A DNA stretch of 64,000 nucleotides from positions 73,815,939 to 73,879,938 of the forward strand of contig NC_068986.1 of the NCBI RefSeq assembly GCF_001194135.2. Direction: 5' to 3'. Under the pieces are notes generated by a model. It saw only the letters and a list, made by a program, of their open reading frames with translations, had not been told where the DNA came from and searched no databases. Shown here piece by piece: positions 61,894 through 64,000 of this stretch. The stretch is from Octopus bimaculoides (Eukaryota). Numbering within the stretch: the first letter of the stretch is position 1; the number at the start of each line of letters is the position of its first letter. Made by a program: the position numbers and the translations under genes.

Positions 61894-63398
61894 ATGTCTC
61901 TCATGTCTTTTTTCTTCTGCTCTCACTGTTACTATATACACTCAGGTAAACACTCTCTTCTCTCTCTCTCTCTGTCCCTCAACCTTCAACTAACCACTTC
62001 CCGGGGTAGAATATGTACACTAACATATTGGCTTCAAATTTTAACACAAGACCTACAAGTTTGGGTGGGGTTGCAGGGTAAGTTAATTACATCAACCCCA
62101 GGACTCGACTGTTACTTATTTTATCAACCCTGAAAGGACAAAAGAGAAAGTTGACCTTGGTGGAGTTTGAACTCAGCCTGTAAAGATGGACAGAATGCCA
62201 CTAAGAATTTTGCATGACATGCCAGTTCCACGTCTTTATCTACACTAACATATTAATATCATAGGCATTTATAGATGCACAAGTACACACACACACACAC
62301 AGAACCTTTCTGTCTATTTTTCTTCTCTTTTCTTCCCACCCTCATTGTACATATTTTGAGTATCTTTTTATCTTTATTTTTCTTGTTACTTTTTGTATTT
62401 TTTGTAATATCTTTTTTTTTTCCAATGATTAAAAATCTTTTAATTTTATTTTACTTTATTTTGGTGTTATATTTAAGTTATCAAACAGGATTGGATAAAA
62501 AAAAATTGCAATTTATTTCAGCTAAAATCAGTAAAATTTAATTCTCATAGTTTAATCACAAATAACTGCTTATGGCATTGTATGTACATTATTGGAAATC
62601 TTTATCAGTTTGTCTGTGATACTAGCCAAACAACATTGTGCTTCTTCACACAAGTAAAGAAATACTCTGATGCAAGCCCACACATCTTCATGCACGTACA
62701 AGACACATTTTTTTCCTTCTGCAAAATATATAGCAACTACAGAAATAAATATTGGTAACTAATGTATAATATTACATATAGGGTGTTTCATAATGGAGAC
62801 TTGATTTTCTGGGAAGAAATTTTGGGCGTGTCAGTATGGCAATATTATCATTATTTATATATGTGGTGATATTGCTATATGTGTGGTAATACTACTGTTA
62901 TATCCCTTATGTGTGTGTGTTTGATAATATCACTGGTACACACACACACACACACACACACATGCGTGCGCACACCTGTAAATATGGATTCATCATCATT
63001 ATTTAACATCCATTTTCCATGCTGGCATGGGTTGGATGGTTTAACAGTAGCTAGCAAGCTGGAGGGCTGCACCAGGCTTCAATAATCTGTTTTGCCAGAG
63101 TGTATTGGGTGCCTTTTATGTGATGCTTTTTACATGGTGCCAGAATGGGTCCTTTTTATGTGGCACCACACACACACAAGTATATTAATTTATGGTGGTA
63201 GATGTTGAAGTAGATAAAGTTACAATTAATAGTGATAAAGATTTCCAATTGGGTTAAAAAGAACCTTTGGATGGAAATATTCAAAGGCTGTTCCCACATC
63301 TTTTATAAACATGACAGACATTCTATCATTGAACCAAAGCAATATCCATAATATCATTGTTCTATCTTAATGTAAGAGTTGTAAAGTACATAGTAAAA

Positions 63399-63662
63399 GG
63401 GTAAAGACCCCCTTTGGTAATGAAAGACAATGGGATTGCACTTAGAAGGTTCCCTTTGAGGCACATATATGGGCAAGATGTTTATGGAAGACCAGCGGTC
63501 ACCCATACATACCAGCCTCTCCTCTCCAGGCCATTGATGTTATCCAAGGGAAAGGCTTGGCACTAGTGTGCTCAAGAACACAAAACACAGCCTGGTCTTG
63601 GAATCAAACTCATAACCTCATGATTGTGTGACTAATGCTCTAACCACTGAGCCATTCACCTT
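63399..63662 (-). mobile_element. tRNA-derived SINE, family C (internally deleted)
   Basis: GGGTAAAGACCCCCTT ... GCTCTAACCACTGAGCCAT. Confidence 0.8.
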
Positions 63663-64000
63663 CACCAAAGTCGTAGTGTGTGTATGTATATATATATATA
63701 TATATATATATAATAATATTATTAGGGACAAAATCCAAAATTACAGGTAAAAAACTCAATTAAAATCAATTTATAAAAAATTAAAATTAAATTGAGCCTT
63801 ATAGATAAAGTATATATAAAATATATATAGTTTTAGGGAAAATAACCAATTTCCAAGAACTCATCGATGAAAATCCACTATCACATATAGAAAAATTAAT
63901 AATTAAAAGCACAATAAATGAGTATAATATAAAGTAAAGTAAATATCATAAGATAAATATAATAAAAAGAATACACGTGTTTCATAACCAATTTTCAAAT

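Noticed and set aside
421-63085. Many ORFs rich in YI, CV, HT, SL, poly-N/I/D or X
   Set aside because: They are translations of (TA)n, (CA)n, (CT)n, triplet repeats and N-gaps, not genes.

Overview
AT-rich eukaryotic, largely non-coding DNA, probably intronic or intergenic sequence of a coleoid cephalopod. The Octopus-like assignment is an inference from the repeat families and microsatellite load and cannot be confirmed here. It comes from a gappy assembly: 11 N-runs, mostly at simple repeats. I found no intact, identifiable protein-coding gene; most entries in the ORF track are microsatellite or SINE artefacts. The window is dominated by microsatellites, several tRNA-derived SINE families, TTAA-flanked (piggyBac-like) and hAT-like MITEs, at least seven decayed RTE-clade LINE fragments (two ending in C2H2 zinc fingers), one full-length dead mariner and a second mariner fragment. 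The most notable observations are: (1) a 148-bp 28S rRNA fragment with an 8-bp target-site duplication and no tail, apparently ending near the protostome hidden break; (2) two hammerhead-ribozyme-like cores, one inside a tRNA-headed SINE; (3) a family of near-perfect fold-back hairpins beside (TA)n tracts; (4) a locally duplicated minus-strand candidate terminal exon encoding a hydrophobic tail, with the splice acceptor lost in one copy; (5) plus-strand AG|GTAAG sites resembling recursive splice sites. Items 4 and 5 point to opposite strands, so the strand of any host gene is unresolved. All family assignments are by eye, from remembered motifs, without database searches.
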